Shown here: positions 25,627 through 35,200 of the stretch, piece by piece
How the letters are laid out: every line of letters begins with the position of its first letter
Numbering within the stretch: position 1 is the stretch's first letter
Assembly (NCBI GenBank): GCA_964234715.1
Contig: OZ174290.1
Length of the DNA stretch: 64,000 bases
Reading direction: 5' to 3' (one strand)
Source: Podarcis melisellensis
Lineage: Eukaryota
Translations under genes and position numbers: made by a program
Notes under the pieces: generated by a model
Databases searched by the model: none
What the model was told of the DNA's origin: nothing
What the model saw: the letters and a program-made list of their open reading frames with translations, nothing else

Positions 25627-28600
25627 TAATAATAATTAATTTATTATTTATACCCCGCCCATCTGGCTGAGTTTCCCCAGCCACTCTGGGCGGCTCCCAA
25701 TCAGTGTTAAAAACAGTACAGCATTACATATTAAAAACTTCCCTGAACAGGGCTGCCTTAAGATGTTTTCTGAATGTCAGGTAATTCTTTATCTCTTTGA
25801 CATCTGATGGGAGGGCGTTCCACAGGGCGGGCGCCACTACCGAGAAGGCCCTCTGTCTGGTTCCCTGTAGCCTCACTTCTCGCAATGACGGAACCGCCAG
25901 AAGGCCCTCGGCGCTGGATCTCAGTGTCCGGGCTGAACGATGGGGGTGGAGACGCTCCTTCAGGTATACAGGACCGAGGCTGTTTAGGGCTTTAAAGGTC
26001 AGCACCAACACTTTGAATCGTGATCGGAAACGTACTGGGAGCCAGTACAGGTCTCTCAGAACCGGTGTTATGTGGTCCCGGCGGCCACTCCCAGTCACCA
26101 GTCTAGCTGCCGCATTCTGGATTAATTGCAGTTTCCGGGTCACCTTCAAAGGTAGCCCCACGTAGAGCGCGTTGCAGTAGTCCAAGCGTGAGATAACTAG
26201 AGCATGCACCACTCTGGCGAGACAGTCCGCGGGGAGGTAGGGTCTTAGCCTGCGTACCAGGTGGAGCTGGTAGACAGCTGCCCTGGACACAGAGTTAACC
26301 TGCGCCTTGTTAACCTGCGTTAACAAGCGGCGGAAAGGCCAGGCCTTTAATCCTGGCGGTGACTTTTAAATACAAGTTCTAACATTTGTCAACTCTTGAA
26401 GGAGGAAGAGAGCTTGGGATCTGCTCTGCTCACATGAAGAAAGCAGGAGAGCATTGCAATTCGCTGCAGCCCTTCCCAGGCACCCACTGCAAGGAGAGCA
26501 AACGCCGACCTAGAAAATAGATGAGGGCTCTGCCATGCAGAAGACCCAAGGAGACTTTCGGTGGGATTTAGCCACATGCTGCGGGTTGCACAGCACATAC
26601 ACTCAGTGGCGTAGCGTGGGGGGTGCAGGGGGGGCCGGGCGCACCGGGCGCAACATCTGGGGGGACGCGCTCGCACTCGCTCTCTGCCCCTACTAAAATC
26701 CACAGGTTAGGGGGCGCAAATTACTTGTCTTGCCGTGCTGGCAACCCATGCTACGCCACTGCATACACTATACTTAGGGGCAAAGTGGAAGGGTGAAAAT
26801 TGCCTTTTGCAGTTCCTCGCCACCAGCAGTCTTTGTCTTTGCCTTTGCCTTGTGGTTCATTTGAGCCCAGCCCTACTTGCAAATCTGACCAGTTTACAAC
26901 GTGTCAGGCTCTGGCAGTTGGCAAGTCCACGGTTTGTTTGTAAAAGGTTGTGGGTTAAGGCTCGGACTTCTCCAATGATAGGTCTCGGGTAACAGAACTG
27001 TAAGAGACACCTGTCTGGAGAGTTGCTGCCAGTTAATGTGCCCAGTGCTGGGGCAGATGCAGCTTTAGCCTGTAAGGGAGCACCTTGTAACAGCTATTTG
27101 CTCACTTTGCCTGAAGCTCTGCAGATTTCTAACAATGATGGGGGGATAGGGAGGGCAAGGGCAGTACTGCACTGGAAGGACTAACAATCCAGTTTAGGAT
27201 AAGACAGCTTCCAATGTAAGGGTAGCTGACAGGCTTCTGATAGGGTTGAGTCTTGCCTGTTTTCAGATGCTCCCAAGTGAGCTGTTGGCAGGTAATAGAG
27301 CAGTAGAGGGTTATTTTAGTAATAAAACATTTCAAGTTTCTTATTTTGAAGCACCTGGAGACAGGACATTTAAAAGTGCATTTATGCTCACAATGACAGG
27401 CTCTTCAAACTACACAGCTCTTATTCCCCAAGAATCTCGAGTGTCATATTCAGAATAGTAGAAGACTGTCTGTGGGTCCATGTCAGAGCTATCCGCAGCA
27501 CTTCAGCTAAGAGGTAAATTCTGTGTTGCTGACCTGGTAAGGATTTCTCTCTCTCCCCCCCCCCCCCGAAGTCACCAACAGTTGCACATTTCTGTTACTT
27601 TTAGAAGGACCTAATGGACTCTTAAAAAGTAGAGACATCACCTTGCCAACAAAGGTCCGTATAGTTAAAGTTATGGTTTTCCCAGTAGTGATGTACGGAA
27701 GTGAGAGCTGAACCATAAAGAAGGCTGATCACCAAAGAATGGATGCTTTTGAATTATGGTGCTGGAGGAGACTCTTGAGAGTCCCATGGACTGCAAGAAG
27801 ATCAAACCTCTCCATTCTTAAGGAAATCAGCCCTGAGTGCTCACTGGAAGGACAGATCGTGAAGCTGAGGCTCCAATACTTTGGCCACCTCATGAGAAGA
27901 GAAGACTCCCTGGAAAAGACCCTGATGTTGGGAAAGATGAAGGGCACAAGGAGAAGGGGACGACAGAGGACGAGATGGTGGGACAGTGTTCTTGAAGCTA
28001 CCAGCATGAGTTTGACCAAACTGCGGGAGGCAGTGGAAGACAGGAGTGCCTGGCGTGCTCTGGTCCAGGGGGTCACAAAGAGTCGGACACGACTAAACGA
28101 CTAAACAACAACAATGGACTCAAAAAAGCTGTGCTGCTTCAAAGCCTTGCAGAGAATTCCAGCCCCCCCCAACCCACAAAACAGATATGTCACCTAGGGG
28201 AGAGAAGCAAGAAGTAAGAGTGCATGTAGACCCCATTACTCTGAACCCCACCACATCAAGTCACATCGCACACAAGATCACATGTATAACACAAACAGCA
28301 GTGCAGCGCAGCGTATTAGTGCAGCATATCAGCTAAAGGAGAGATAGGCATTCTAGGGAACGTGCCTATTTTATAGATGGGGAACACTGAGGCTGAGGAA
28401 GTAAGCATGTAGAAAACATATACCCCAGTTAATCTCATATTTAACCAATCCATAAAGGCAGTCAGGGCGGGGGGTGAGGAGGAAGGCAGAATAGAAGATG
28501 GCCTGGTGCTAGGGGAGAACGCAAGAGATTCATAAGAGAGAGTGGGTGCAGGGAGAGGCAACCAGGAGCTCAAAAGAATGCACAGGCTCCAGCATGTGGG

Positions 28601-30161
28601 GGTGGGGAGTCTGATCTACATGGCATTCTCCCAGCTACTCCCAGATTAAGTCTTCCAAGGTTGCCACAAGTGTCCTTCCAGCAGCAGCCTCCAGCCTTTT
28701 CATGAGTGGAACTGCTGCCATTGGACTACAGTGGTACCTCGGGTTAAGTACTTAATTCGTTCCAGAGGTCCATTATTAACCTGAAACTGTTCTTAACCTG
28801 AAGCACCATTTTAGCTAATGGGGCCTCCTGCTGCTGCTGTGCCACCGGAGCACGATTTCTGTTCTCATCCTGAAGCAAAGTACTTAACCCGAGGTACTAT
28901 TTCTGGGTTAGCGGAGTCTGTAACCTGAAGCATCTGTAACCTGAAGCGTATGTAACCCAAGGTACCACTGTACAGTACTGGCAAGCCAACCCTGCTGCTG
29001 TCACCACAAGCTCCATCAGCAGGCTGTGGCAGCCCAGAATGTTATCCGCCCTCTGAGTCCTCTTCCTCACAACCATTGTCATTTCACATTGGCACATTGG
29101 CTGGTACCACATGGGCACAAGAGCTGTCTGAGAGGGCAGAGATAAACAACCACAGCAGAGCCAAAGGGGGGGGGGGGAGAGAAATCCTGCCATTATGACA
29201 GGGCCTAGCCCTTGTTACTAGGAACATCCTGGAGAGTGGGGAAAGAGTCCCAGGGTAACTTGAGAGCCAAATCTTGTCGCCAGAGAGCACAGGGCAAGGA
29301 AGACTTTCCCCTGTGGCTCCCACATTGGGTATAGCCACTAGTGCCCCACAGCCCAGCCCATGGTCCACCACAATAGACACTGGAGAAGACCAACTGCAGG
29401 CAGAGCAATAATCATTCATCTGGACTGTATAAAGCTAAGAGCCAACATCCTTTGGCAATGCAGGCTGTTAGCTTTTGGAGGTCCCAATAAAGCCAGAAAC
29501 GTCCACTCCAACCTTTGTGACCTCTTGAATTTGGAATCCTGCCTATGTCACCTGCACAAAGAGTTAGAAACCTGCAGGCAACCTTAATTTAAAGCAACAG
29601 CAGATATTGGGAGAGATGTGTAAAGCCCAAACCAACAAATGCCTCCTCTTCACCCGTATGGTATTCCAGATCCAATCATTCACCAACATAGAGACTGCCT
29701 GAAGCCCAGCTAATTTTACACAGCTCTTGGAGCCTTTTCCTTTATGCCCCCGCCCCTGATACTTGACCACCTTGACAGATTTCACTGTGTTTGCTTTTAA
29801 TTTGCTATAGCATCAGTCCAGTGGTCTGAAATATGGACACCGTTGTCTCCTCCTTCCTCTGGCCTTGCAAGGGCCAGTTTTCTCAAAGCTTGAAGTTGTC
29901 ACTGGGTATTGTCCTCATTCTCTTCACAAGCCATGCTAGACTGTCCCTTTCCATAAATGCAGCAGTTCCCTCGCACTGATAGAACCCTTCCTGAATCGTG
30001 CCTCCCTCTTCATGTTTGTCTGTGCCAAGTTACCAAAACAAGAAAAGGAAAGCAGGTTTAGGCAGCACAAGAAGAGCCATGCTTACAGGCTTAGCCCCTC
30101 GATCCTGACCAACCTGGCAAATCATTTCTCCGGTGGGGATAAGCTTGGTCCACAGCTCCAT
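196..30161 (-). CDS. MYO1C: Unconventional myosin-Ic, spliced gene span (5' half, motor domain; 3' exons lie outside the window)
   Basis: 13 common exons (6925-7083, 6352-6467, 4933-5131, 4472-4552, 3755-3934, 3475-3573, 3221-3334, 2506-2577, 2212-2331, 1902-1987, 1497-1602, 1019-1099, 196-287) join in frame with GT-AG ends. They give [28 protein letters not shown]..., P-loop GESGAGKT, switch [10 protein letters not shown] and switch II DIYGFE. The most distal first exon is 30087-30161. Confidence 0.97.
707..971 (-). mobile_element. L2-family LINE 3' fragment with (AAT)n tail
   Basis: Alignable by eye to 25594-25860; (AAT)n at 707-750. Confidence 0.8.
1019..1099 (-). CDS. MYO1C: MYO1C coding exon ([27 protein letters not shown])
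   Basis: CAG acceptor, GTAAGT donor, 81 nt. Confidence 0.95.
1497..1602 (-). CDS. MYO1C: MYO1C coding exon ([35 protein letters not shown]; relay helix)
   Basis: CAG acceptor, GTAAGA donor, 106 nt. Confidence 0.95.
1902..1987 (-). CDS. MYO1C: MYO1C coding exon ([28 protein letters not shown]; switch II)
   Basis: CAG acceptor, GTGGGT donor, 86 nt, DIYGFE motif. Confidence 0.93.
2212..2331 (-). CDS. MYO1C: MYO1C coding exon ([40 protein letters not shown])
   Basis: CAG acceptor, GTCAGC donor, 120 nt, RDALAK motif. Confidence 0.95.
2506..2577 (-). CDS. MYO1C: MYO1C coding exon ([24 protein letters not shown])
   Basis: CAG acceptor, GTAAGA donor, 72 nt. Confidence 0.93.
3221..3334 (-). CDS. 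MYO1C: MYO1C coding exon ([38 protein letters not shown])
   Basis: CAG acceptor, GTGAGT donor, 114 nt. Confidence 0.95.
3475..3573 (-). CDS. MYO1C: MYO1C coding exon ([33 protein letters not shown])
   Basis: CAG acceptor, GTAAGA donor, 99 nt. Confidence 0.95.
3755..3934 (-). CDS. MYO1C: MYO1C coding exon ([35 protein letters not shown]...QYLVK)
   Basis: TAG acceptor, GTAAAG donor, 180 nt, LLEKSR and ERNFHIFY motifs. Confidence 0.96.
4472..4552 (-). CDS. MYO1C: MYO1C coding exon ([27 protein letters not shown]; switch I)
   Basis: CAG acceptor, GTGAGT donor, 81 nt. Confidence 0.96.
4933..5131 (-). CDS. MYO1C: MYO1C coding exon ([36 protein letters not shown]...LLQSNPVLE; P-loop)
   Basis: CAG acceptor, GTAAGA donor, 199 nt, GESGAGKT. 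Confidence 0.96.
6352..6467 (-). CDS. MYO1C: MYO1C coding exon ([39 protein letters not shown])
   Basis: CAG acceptor, GTGGGT donor, 116 nt. Confidence 0.95.
6925..7083 (-). CDS. MYO1C: MYO1C common exon ([27 protein letters not shown]...NLIY); isoform C ATG at 7050
   Basis: TAG acceptor at 7084-7086, GTGAGT donor, 159 nt, phase 0. The 11 codons before the ATG resemble human ALGSDGVRVT. Confidence 0.96.
7507..7587 (-). CDS. MYO1C: Putative additional MYO1C start exon ([27 protein letters not shown])
   Basis: GCCAGCCATG Kozak context, 27 open codons, TTG|GTGAGC phase-0 donor compatible with the common exon; no transcript evidence. Confidence 0.5.
7943..7998. repeat. (TC)n microsatellite
   Basis: Directly visible, one interruption. 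Confidence 0.95.
8343..8408 (+). mobile_element. CR1-type 3' tail (SINE or LINE remnant)
   Basis: GGACTAGATGACC...CCCTCCCAGC...TTCTACGATCCTATGAT, similar to 43310-43356. Confidence 0.55.
9115..9191. repeat. (TC)n(AC)n compound microsatellite
   Basis: Directly visible. Confidence 0.95.
10975..10992 (-). CDS. MYO1C: MYO1C isoform B / nuclear myosin 1 (NM1) first coding exon (MKFRAV)
   Basis: CCAGCC-ATG AAG TTC AGG GCT GTG|GTAAGG; 6 codons, same length, phase and relative position as human MRYRAS. Confidence 0.8.
13963..14001. repeat. (CAG)13 trinucleotide repeat, intronic (CTG on the MYO1C strand)
   Basis: Directly visible. Confidence 0.95.
16548..17330 (+). mobile_element. Three adjacent diverged copies of a MITE-like element
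   Basis: Recurrent unit CAG(T/G)GTT(C/T)(A/G)AAATT...GGCGCATTT at about 16548, 16943 and 17212; the first two also share GTGAAGATGCC...GCCAGG. Confidence 0.55.
18125..18206. repeat. (GAAA)n tetranucleotide microsatellite
   Basis: Directly visible. Confidence 0.95.
19205..20260 (-). mobile_element. Degenerate CR1 LINE fragment (RT C-terminal region), interrupted
   Basis: Minus-strand translations [30 protein letters not shown] and [11 protein letters not shown]...[11 protein letters not shown] are typical of CR1 ORF2. Confidence 0.75.
20864..21432 (+). mobile_element. 5'-truncated L1-like LINE with 19-bp target-site duplication
   Basis: TSD AAAGAGAATTGACTCAAAG at 20845-20863 and 21433-21451; ORF end [25 protein letters not shown]...[10 protein letters not shown]; AT-rich 3'UTR and A tail. 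Confidence 0.8.
23698..23862. mobile_element. Old hAT-like MITE
   Basis: Imperfect TIRs AGTGGTTCCCAA ... TTGGAATCACT. Confidence 0.35.
24330..25590 (-). promoter_or_regulatory. MYO1C: CpG island promoter of MYO1C with a probable non-coding first exon (isoform C) ending at 24934
   Basis: Very CpG-dense with several GC boxes (GGGCGG/CCGCCC); AAG|GTAGGC donor at 24933 on the minus strand; lies between the isoform A and B exons. Confidence 0.75.
25594..26305 (-). mobile_element. Young 5'-truncated L2 LINE with open RT C-terminal frame and (AAT)n tail
   Basis: ORF 25724-26326 contains [30 protein letters not shown] and [15 protein letters not shown], hallmarks of L2-clade ORF2. Confidence 0.92.
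26604..26761. mobile_element. hAT-family MITE
   Basis: TIR CAGTGGCGTAGC / GCTACGCCACTG; perfect 8-bp TSD CATACACT at 26596-26603 and 26762-26769. Confidence 0.9.
27622..28112 (+). mobile_element. BovB (RTE clade) LINE 3' fragment
   Basis: [22 protein letters not shown]...[24 protein letters not shown]..., GTCGGACACGACT end, (CAA)n tail; TSD AATGGACTC at 27613-27621 and 28113-28121. Confidence 0.93.
28729..28970. mobile_element. Tc1/mariner (Tigger/pogo-like) MITE
   Basis: TIR CAGTGGTACCTCGGGTTA / TAACCCAAGGTACCACTG flanked by TA duplications. Confidence 0.88.
30087..30161 (-). CDS. MYO1C: MYO1C isoform A first coding exon ([25 protein letters not shown])
   Basis: AGGATGG Kozak, 25 codons, CCT|GTAAGC phase-0 donor; aligns without gaps to human [25 protein letters not shown] (L-x-PTGE conserved). 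Confidence 0.82.
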
Positions 30162-32044
30162 CCTCCCAGGGTTCGGTCTCTGGTTTTCACCATCCCTCTG
30201 CAGCCGGCGGACCTCGAACAGTCCTGGCATTCTCTGAAGGAGCAGCAGCACAATAAACAGCCTCCTTGGCCCAGCAGCGGAAGAACTGGAGGCCTGTGTT
30301 TGTACAAGCTCTAGGTGTGAGCTCAAGCAACAATGCAGTTCAAGCACTTGTTTCCACGTCCTTTCAGCCGTTCCAAGAGCCTTTAATTTATGTCTTTGCT
30401 TATTGCTTTTAACTCCAATGTTTCTTCTCTCAGACCCAGGGGACTCTGGAGACCTGGATGGACATCTGCAATTTTTGGCACCACCTTTGTGACCTTGGCT
30501 GTTCTGCCCTGAGAAGCTGCAGCGGAAGGGCTCTTTTCCTTTCTGGGTACATTAGCCCTCCTGGTCCCCCTTGCCCAGCCGGCGCCAGGTGTGTCTTTCT
30601 TTCTATCAGACCTCTTCCTAAGGGGCAAAGCTTTGTTTGTGTGCTAATTTGGTAAATTATATGCGCAACTTTTCACCCAAAGGCTCCTGAAGTAAGCAAG
30701 CCGTTGTATTAATAAAAAACAGTGGAAACATCATAAAAAGAGCTGCAAACACATATACTATATAAAAACAGGCCACCACTGGCAGTAGGCAAATACATGA
30801 CCGTGATAATCCGATCTGAACACCTGCGTGACAGTCTTTACCAGTCTGTGAAATGGCCAGGGAGAAGAGAGGCTGCGCCCAAAGAAAGGAGGACCAGAGT
30901 CTGCACTGGTGCTACAGCCAAAAAAGACCCTCCCTGCATGTGAACAGCCAGAAAGGTCTATGGATGAAGGACGATATACAAATTTAATAATAATAATGTG
31001 GCCCCCTCCATGTTTCTGCTGGAGGGGAAGGAGGGATGTGGAGCAGGGCCTCCCCAGCAGATCTCAGAACGGCAGGCAGGATAACCAGGTTTAACAAAAC
31101 TTGGGACTAGAGAAGATAACCAGCACTTTGAACTGGGCTCGGAAAGAAATCAGGAACTGATTAAGAGGAAACAACAATTTGCCCTCTCCTTATCTGAGAG
31201 GTCTTCTTTGTCATCAGCCGTTCCATGACAGGCATAAATTCTATATGCTCACATTTTGCCTGCCACCACATCTCAATGCTAACAAAAAAATAAAATTGAA
31301 TTTCTGCCTGTTTTTATGTAAACCACCTTGGGAATTTCTTCTGGAGGACATTATATTGATATCTATAAACAGATAGAGAGGAACAGAGGAAATCCTAAAT
31401 CTCCACCAGCTGCAAAGCCCTTGTCAAAGATAGAGTGGTTTACAGTAGTTGAAATATGTGACCAAGACATCATGGGTGATGAAAGTGGCCAGATTTGCCT
31501 TCTCCAGGGCAGACACAGCAGCCAAAGCCCAGCTACTGCCAGCATCTGACCCCAGCCAGGCTCAAAAGAAGGAACACTACCCCTTCCAGAACAGGCTGTG
31601 TCACCGCTTCTGAGTCTGCTTATGTCTTTTCCAGAATAAGTTTCCCATTTCCAAAGCAAATTCCTTGGTGGGAAGTACTTGCCAACAGTTTCTCCTATTC
31701 CTAAAAACATGGAGCAGACTTGAATCTCTCTTTTCCTTCAGAAGTGGTTTAATGGATGTGCCTTAAGACCCAGGCTGAAACAAAATATAAGAACAGGTTT
31801 TAAGAAATAGATGTAAAATGGTGGAGGGGGGGACCAGGAACTAAACGAAGGTGGAAAGGAGCCAAAGAGCACACTGAGGAGAAAGGGAGGCTGGGACACA
31901 GCTGTCCAAATATATTCCCCCGAGATAAGCAATCCAAAAATAAAACTAGTTTATTTTTGTTTGGAAAAATGTACTTTTAAGTAATTTATTTGCTGAAACT
32001 TTAAATGTTATGGGGTGATGAGCATACCCAGAAATACATATGTA

Positions 32045-32223
32045 CCGTATTTACTTGAATCTAATGCTCACGTTTTTTGGCCAAATTACATGGCAAAAAT
32101 CAAGGTGCATTAGATTTGATGGCACATTTACATTTGCCAGCAATTCCTTTTTTTTTATTTCAAGGTTCTGAAAATTGAGGTGTGCATTAGATTCAGTGGT
32201 GCTTTAGACCCGAGTAAATATGG
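32045..32223. mobile_element. Tc1/mariner-type MITE
   Basis: TIR CCGTATTTACTTGAATCTAA / TTAGACCCGAGTAAATATGG with TA on both sides. Confidence 0.75.
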
Positions 32224-35200
32224 TATATGAAAAAGAAAAACTCTCAGCTGTTACTGTTGGCTTTTGCTACCCATCTGCAGCCTTTGCTGATAAAATTGAG
32301 CTTATATTAGTGATAGAATCACTCCTGCTAAGGGTTCAAGGTGGAGTTAGGGTTAATTGGTCTGATTAATCAACTGAATCCTTCATCAGAGATTGAAATC
32401 CCACCTCTCTTAAAAATAGACTGGTATCAGAAGCTCAGCTGTCATGTACACTACCCAAACCTGGGTGGGAAGAGGCACCCTCCCCAGGTATCAAACTTGT
32501 GTTGAAAGAGAAAAGTTGCCTTCTAGTATAAAATAACAGTGTCCTTTCAAAGACTTCATGTTTTCCAAGATGTCTCACAGTTCTGATGAATCTTATATTT
32601 ATTTATGGAGCCACCTTGGCTCTGGTGTGTCACTGGCTGTAACAGGGAGAGTGGCATAATCCCAAATGCAATGGGACAGTGAGGAGGAGGAAGGGAAAGG
32701 TTTTGAATTTGGTGGACTTAGGTAGGAAACCTATACAGAGGTAAAAATTTCAAACTCCCATTGACTTCAGCATGATTTAAACAGCTTACCTGTTTGCAGA
32801 AACCAGAGTTAGTTAGGCATCCAGTGAAATAGCTAAATATACTTCAATTGTTGACAGTGCAGTTGAGAATGCAAGGGTGTCACAACTATGCTGCAACCTC
32901 CCTCCACCTCTTGGTGGGGTGCCTAGTCAGTCCCCATTCAGGTTTTGAAGAGAGAATGAAGGAATGATCTGGTGGAAATGCACTACTGATTTCCTCCCAC
33001 GCTGCAGTGTTACCCTGCAACTGCTTCCTGATGGGGATTGCTCTGGAAATTCACCCGCAAGGGCTGTAACTGCCACTTGGTGTTGAGTCCCGCCATCCTC
33101 CGTGAACTTTGTCTCCTGCCCTTCAGAGAAACTGCCTTGCTTGGTCCACGTTCCAGGATAATCAGGTAAGACAGAAGACAATGTTCTGGGACTCTAAGGC
33201 TGGGCCGTCTCAAGGAAATCATAATTTAGTTTGCAGGAAGCAGTGGGGAAAGAAACAATGGCTCTTATCAGTGGATATTTTAGGGTCCAGAAAACATGCG
33301 AAATATCTTGGAAACATTTCCTGTTTACATAAAGCTGTGCTATGTAAATGCAGAGGTTCACTATTTATCCCCAAGAGAGGGGGTGACCATTGATGGCTCC
33401 TGCCTGCGTTAAGGGATGGAGGGGGGGGAGCAAGCTGCCTGAAGAAACCTGCAATGTTTCACTCTGGCTGAATTGTCCTCAAGTGATTTCACTTAGGCAA
33501 CTTGAAAGCAGACAAATGTTTTCTTTGAGAAACAGCCTATGGAAGACTGATGGAGCCAGCAGCTGCCAAGTATCTGACAAATGGGCGGGGGGGGGGTCAT
33601 CTGGCAGGAGCTCTTCCTGCCCAAGAGAGAGCTTGGCCTTCCTCATCCACACTGGCAGTTGCAGCATGCTGGCCTCAGCAGGTATTTGTCATTCTTTCAT
33701 GCCATTGCTTGGGACACACATACGCACACACTGGGGGTCCCCTTGCCATAGCATTTTACCCACTTTCGGAAGCCACCAATCAGAATGCAAGGACTTAATT
33801 GCAGAGCCAGAGTCTCCAGCACCCCAGCCTGTCTACCCCTAACAAGGAGAAGCTTGAAGGAGCCTGCAGATTTTGAATTGTGGGAAGACGGGTGACTCAA
33901 CCTCCTTGCCTAAGAGGAGTAAAAAGAGCAGGGACTGATTTCGAACGAAGGTTTGAACAGCCACAATCATGTGAAAGCCTCCCAACGCAGCACCGTCAAA
34001 TTTGACTCACTTTAACAGAAAAGTTGCTCCCAACTCTGCTAACATAATTAAGTCACATTACTTTTCCTGGTCACCCAAAAGTTCCCTTGGAGTCTAGTTT
34101 TTCTGCTGCTCTTAGCTGAAAATGGGTGTATTCCCCCCACACCCTGCCACATGATGATGATTTTGGCTGTCTTTGGTTCTGAGGATTTCACTAAATAGCT
34201 GATAGTTAAGTTAGCAAAAACTCCTATTGCAAGTCATTCCCAATGGTGGCTGGTGCCCCCACCCCCAGGTTCCCATTCCCTACTTGCTCCTGCTCCAACT
34301 CTTCCCAGCAAACCACACCAGCTATTTCTAATCAGAGTGAGGAGAAATGGCTGGTCCAAAGCCAGAAAGCAAGCCTATGGCAACTGGAAAAAAGAAAGCC
34401 CTTGGACACAATCAGTCCATGACTTCTTGTTACTTCCCTAGTACAGCTTGGTACCTAAGACTTAAACAAAAGACAATTATGAGAGTGTGGCTGTCTGATG
34501 CAGTGCCAGAAAAAGGACTCCTAGGCCTTAAGCAGTTGTGCAAAAAAGTTGCAGATTGATGTTGGTGCTGGGTGTTTACAGAGGAGCTGCAGCTTGGGTG
34601 AGAGAAAATCAGAATCACTTTGGGAAGAAATCCTTGAAAGAACATTCTGCTCTGTCCCAGGAGGAAAGACTCCCCCTCTACACACACACATCCCTGCCCA
34701 ACCCTCTAGCCTCTTTCCAGGCACATGCTGGGGATTAAAACCCCCACAAGTCACCTCATAGACTGCTCTCCTGCCTCTAACATGCAGCAGCCAGGCCAGG
34801 CAACTTTACCTGTGCTGCTGCCCACAGACAACAGTTCAGGAAGCTGAGAGCAGAGGAACCCTCACCCTCGCTGCAAAATATTTCCCTTGCGCTGAAACCA
34901 GGAGGATTGGGAGCGGAAGAGAACTTGCAGAAATACTGTCTCATTGCTCTCAACACTGATGGCCCACTTTGCTGCCTCCAGGGGCATGTGTAGTTGTCTG
35001 TCAATCGGGTCAGGGGCCAACCGTCTTCTTGGCAGGCAGCCATAACTGGCTTCTAGGGCAGGGCTTTGTAGGAAGATTTCTGCAGGCAAGGAAGGAGGAA
35101 GCAAAGCAGTGTGGAAGCAGCTGTATCTGGAGGGTGTGTTGAGTGGGGGGGGGGCAATAAGGAGCTGCTGCCACCTGCTAGGCCCATGTCCCATTGTGCC

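Noticed and set aside
24158-25684. Stack of overlapping ORFs on both strands
   Set aside because: CpG island depleted of stop codons.
25724-26326. 200-aa ORF as a host gene
   Set aside because: It is the truncated ORF2 end of an L2 retrotransposon with its tail.
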